Assembly: GCF_001194135.2 (NCBI RefSeq)
Contig: NC_069007.1
Coordinates: 11,302,136-11,362,181, forward strand
Direction: 5' to 3'
From: Octopus bimaculoides
Lineage: Eukaryota
DNA: 60,046 nt
Under the pieces are notes generated by a model that saw only the letters and a program-made list of their open reading frames with translations, ran no database searches and was not told the origin of the DNA. Of the stretch, positions 59,901 to 60,046 are shown one piece after another. The position numbers and the translations under genes were made by a program. Each line of letters begins with the position of its first letter. Position 1 is the stretch's first letter.

Positions 59901-59946
59901 TTCTTCTAACCGGTTTTCATTGCGAAAAGCAAATTATCAAGAAGAA
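59901..59946 (-). ncRNA. Minimal type I hammerhead motif with U3-A8 core variant
   Basis: Minus strand reads TTCTTC TTGATAA T-TTGC-ttttc-GCAA-T GAA AACCGGTT A GAAGAA. 6-bp helix I and perfect palindrome AACCGGTT. Confidence 0.55.
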
Positions 59947-60046
59947 GGAGAATGAAAATGTTTTTTTACAAAGAAGTGCAAAATGAAGAAAATAATATAT
60001 AAAACAATAATATATCAAAAAATAAATATGCCCATACATTATATTG

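Overview
AT-rich, microsatellite-dense, gapped eukaryotic scaffold sequence. The interspersed repeats look like those of an octopus/coleoid cephalopod genome (inference from repeat familiarity, not proven). No host protein-coding gene, rRNA, intact tRNA or CRISPR array could be supported; most listed ORFs are N-gap or microsatellite artefacts. The window is a transposable-element mosaic. It has many copies of several tRNA-type SINE families (labelled locally A, B, D, E, plus a tail family G) and RTE-LINE 3' ends and RT remnants. DNA transposons include a full-length decayed mariner (6110-7390), three other mariner fragments, a full-length DD37D/maT-like element with a 244-aa open frame (24046-25291), an hAT derivative with a perfect 8-bp TSD, piggyBac-type and Tigger-type MITEs, and an unclassified TIR element carrying TTAGGG repeats. 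LTR content is a Gypsy remnant lacking RT/RNase H (34558-37215) and a solo LTR. The most interesting signal is five type I hammerhead-ribozyme (HHR) motifs from about three unrelated non-coding repeat families. They are: a 400-bp fold-back with one HHR on each strand (29146-29545); a relative with a compensatory helix-I change (37390-37478); an HHR inside a 277-nt directly repeated retrozyme/pLTR-like unit (22589-22909); and a U3-A8 core variant (59901-59946). All have the vestigial, palindromic or near-palindromic helix III known from Penelope-like-element ribozymes. Catalytic activity is untested.
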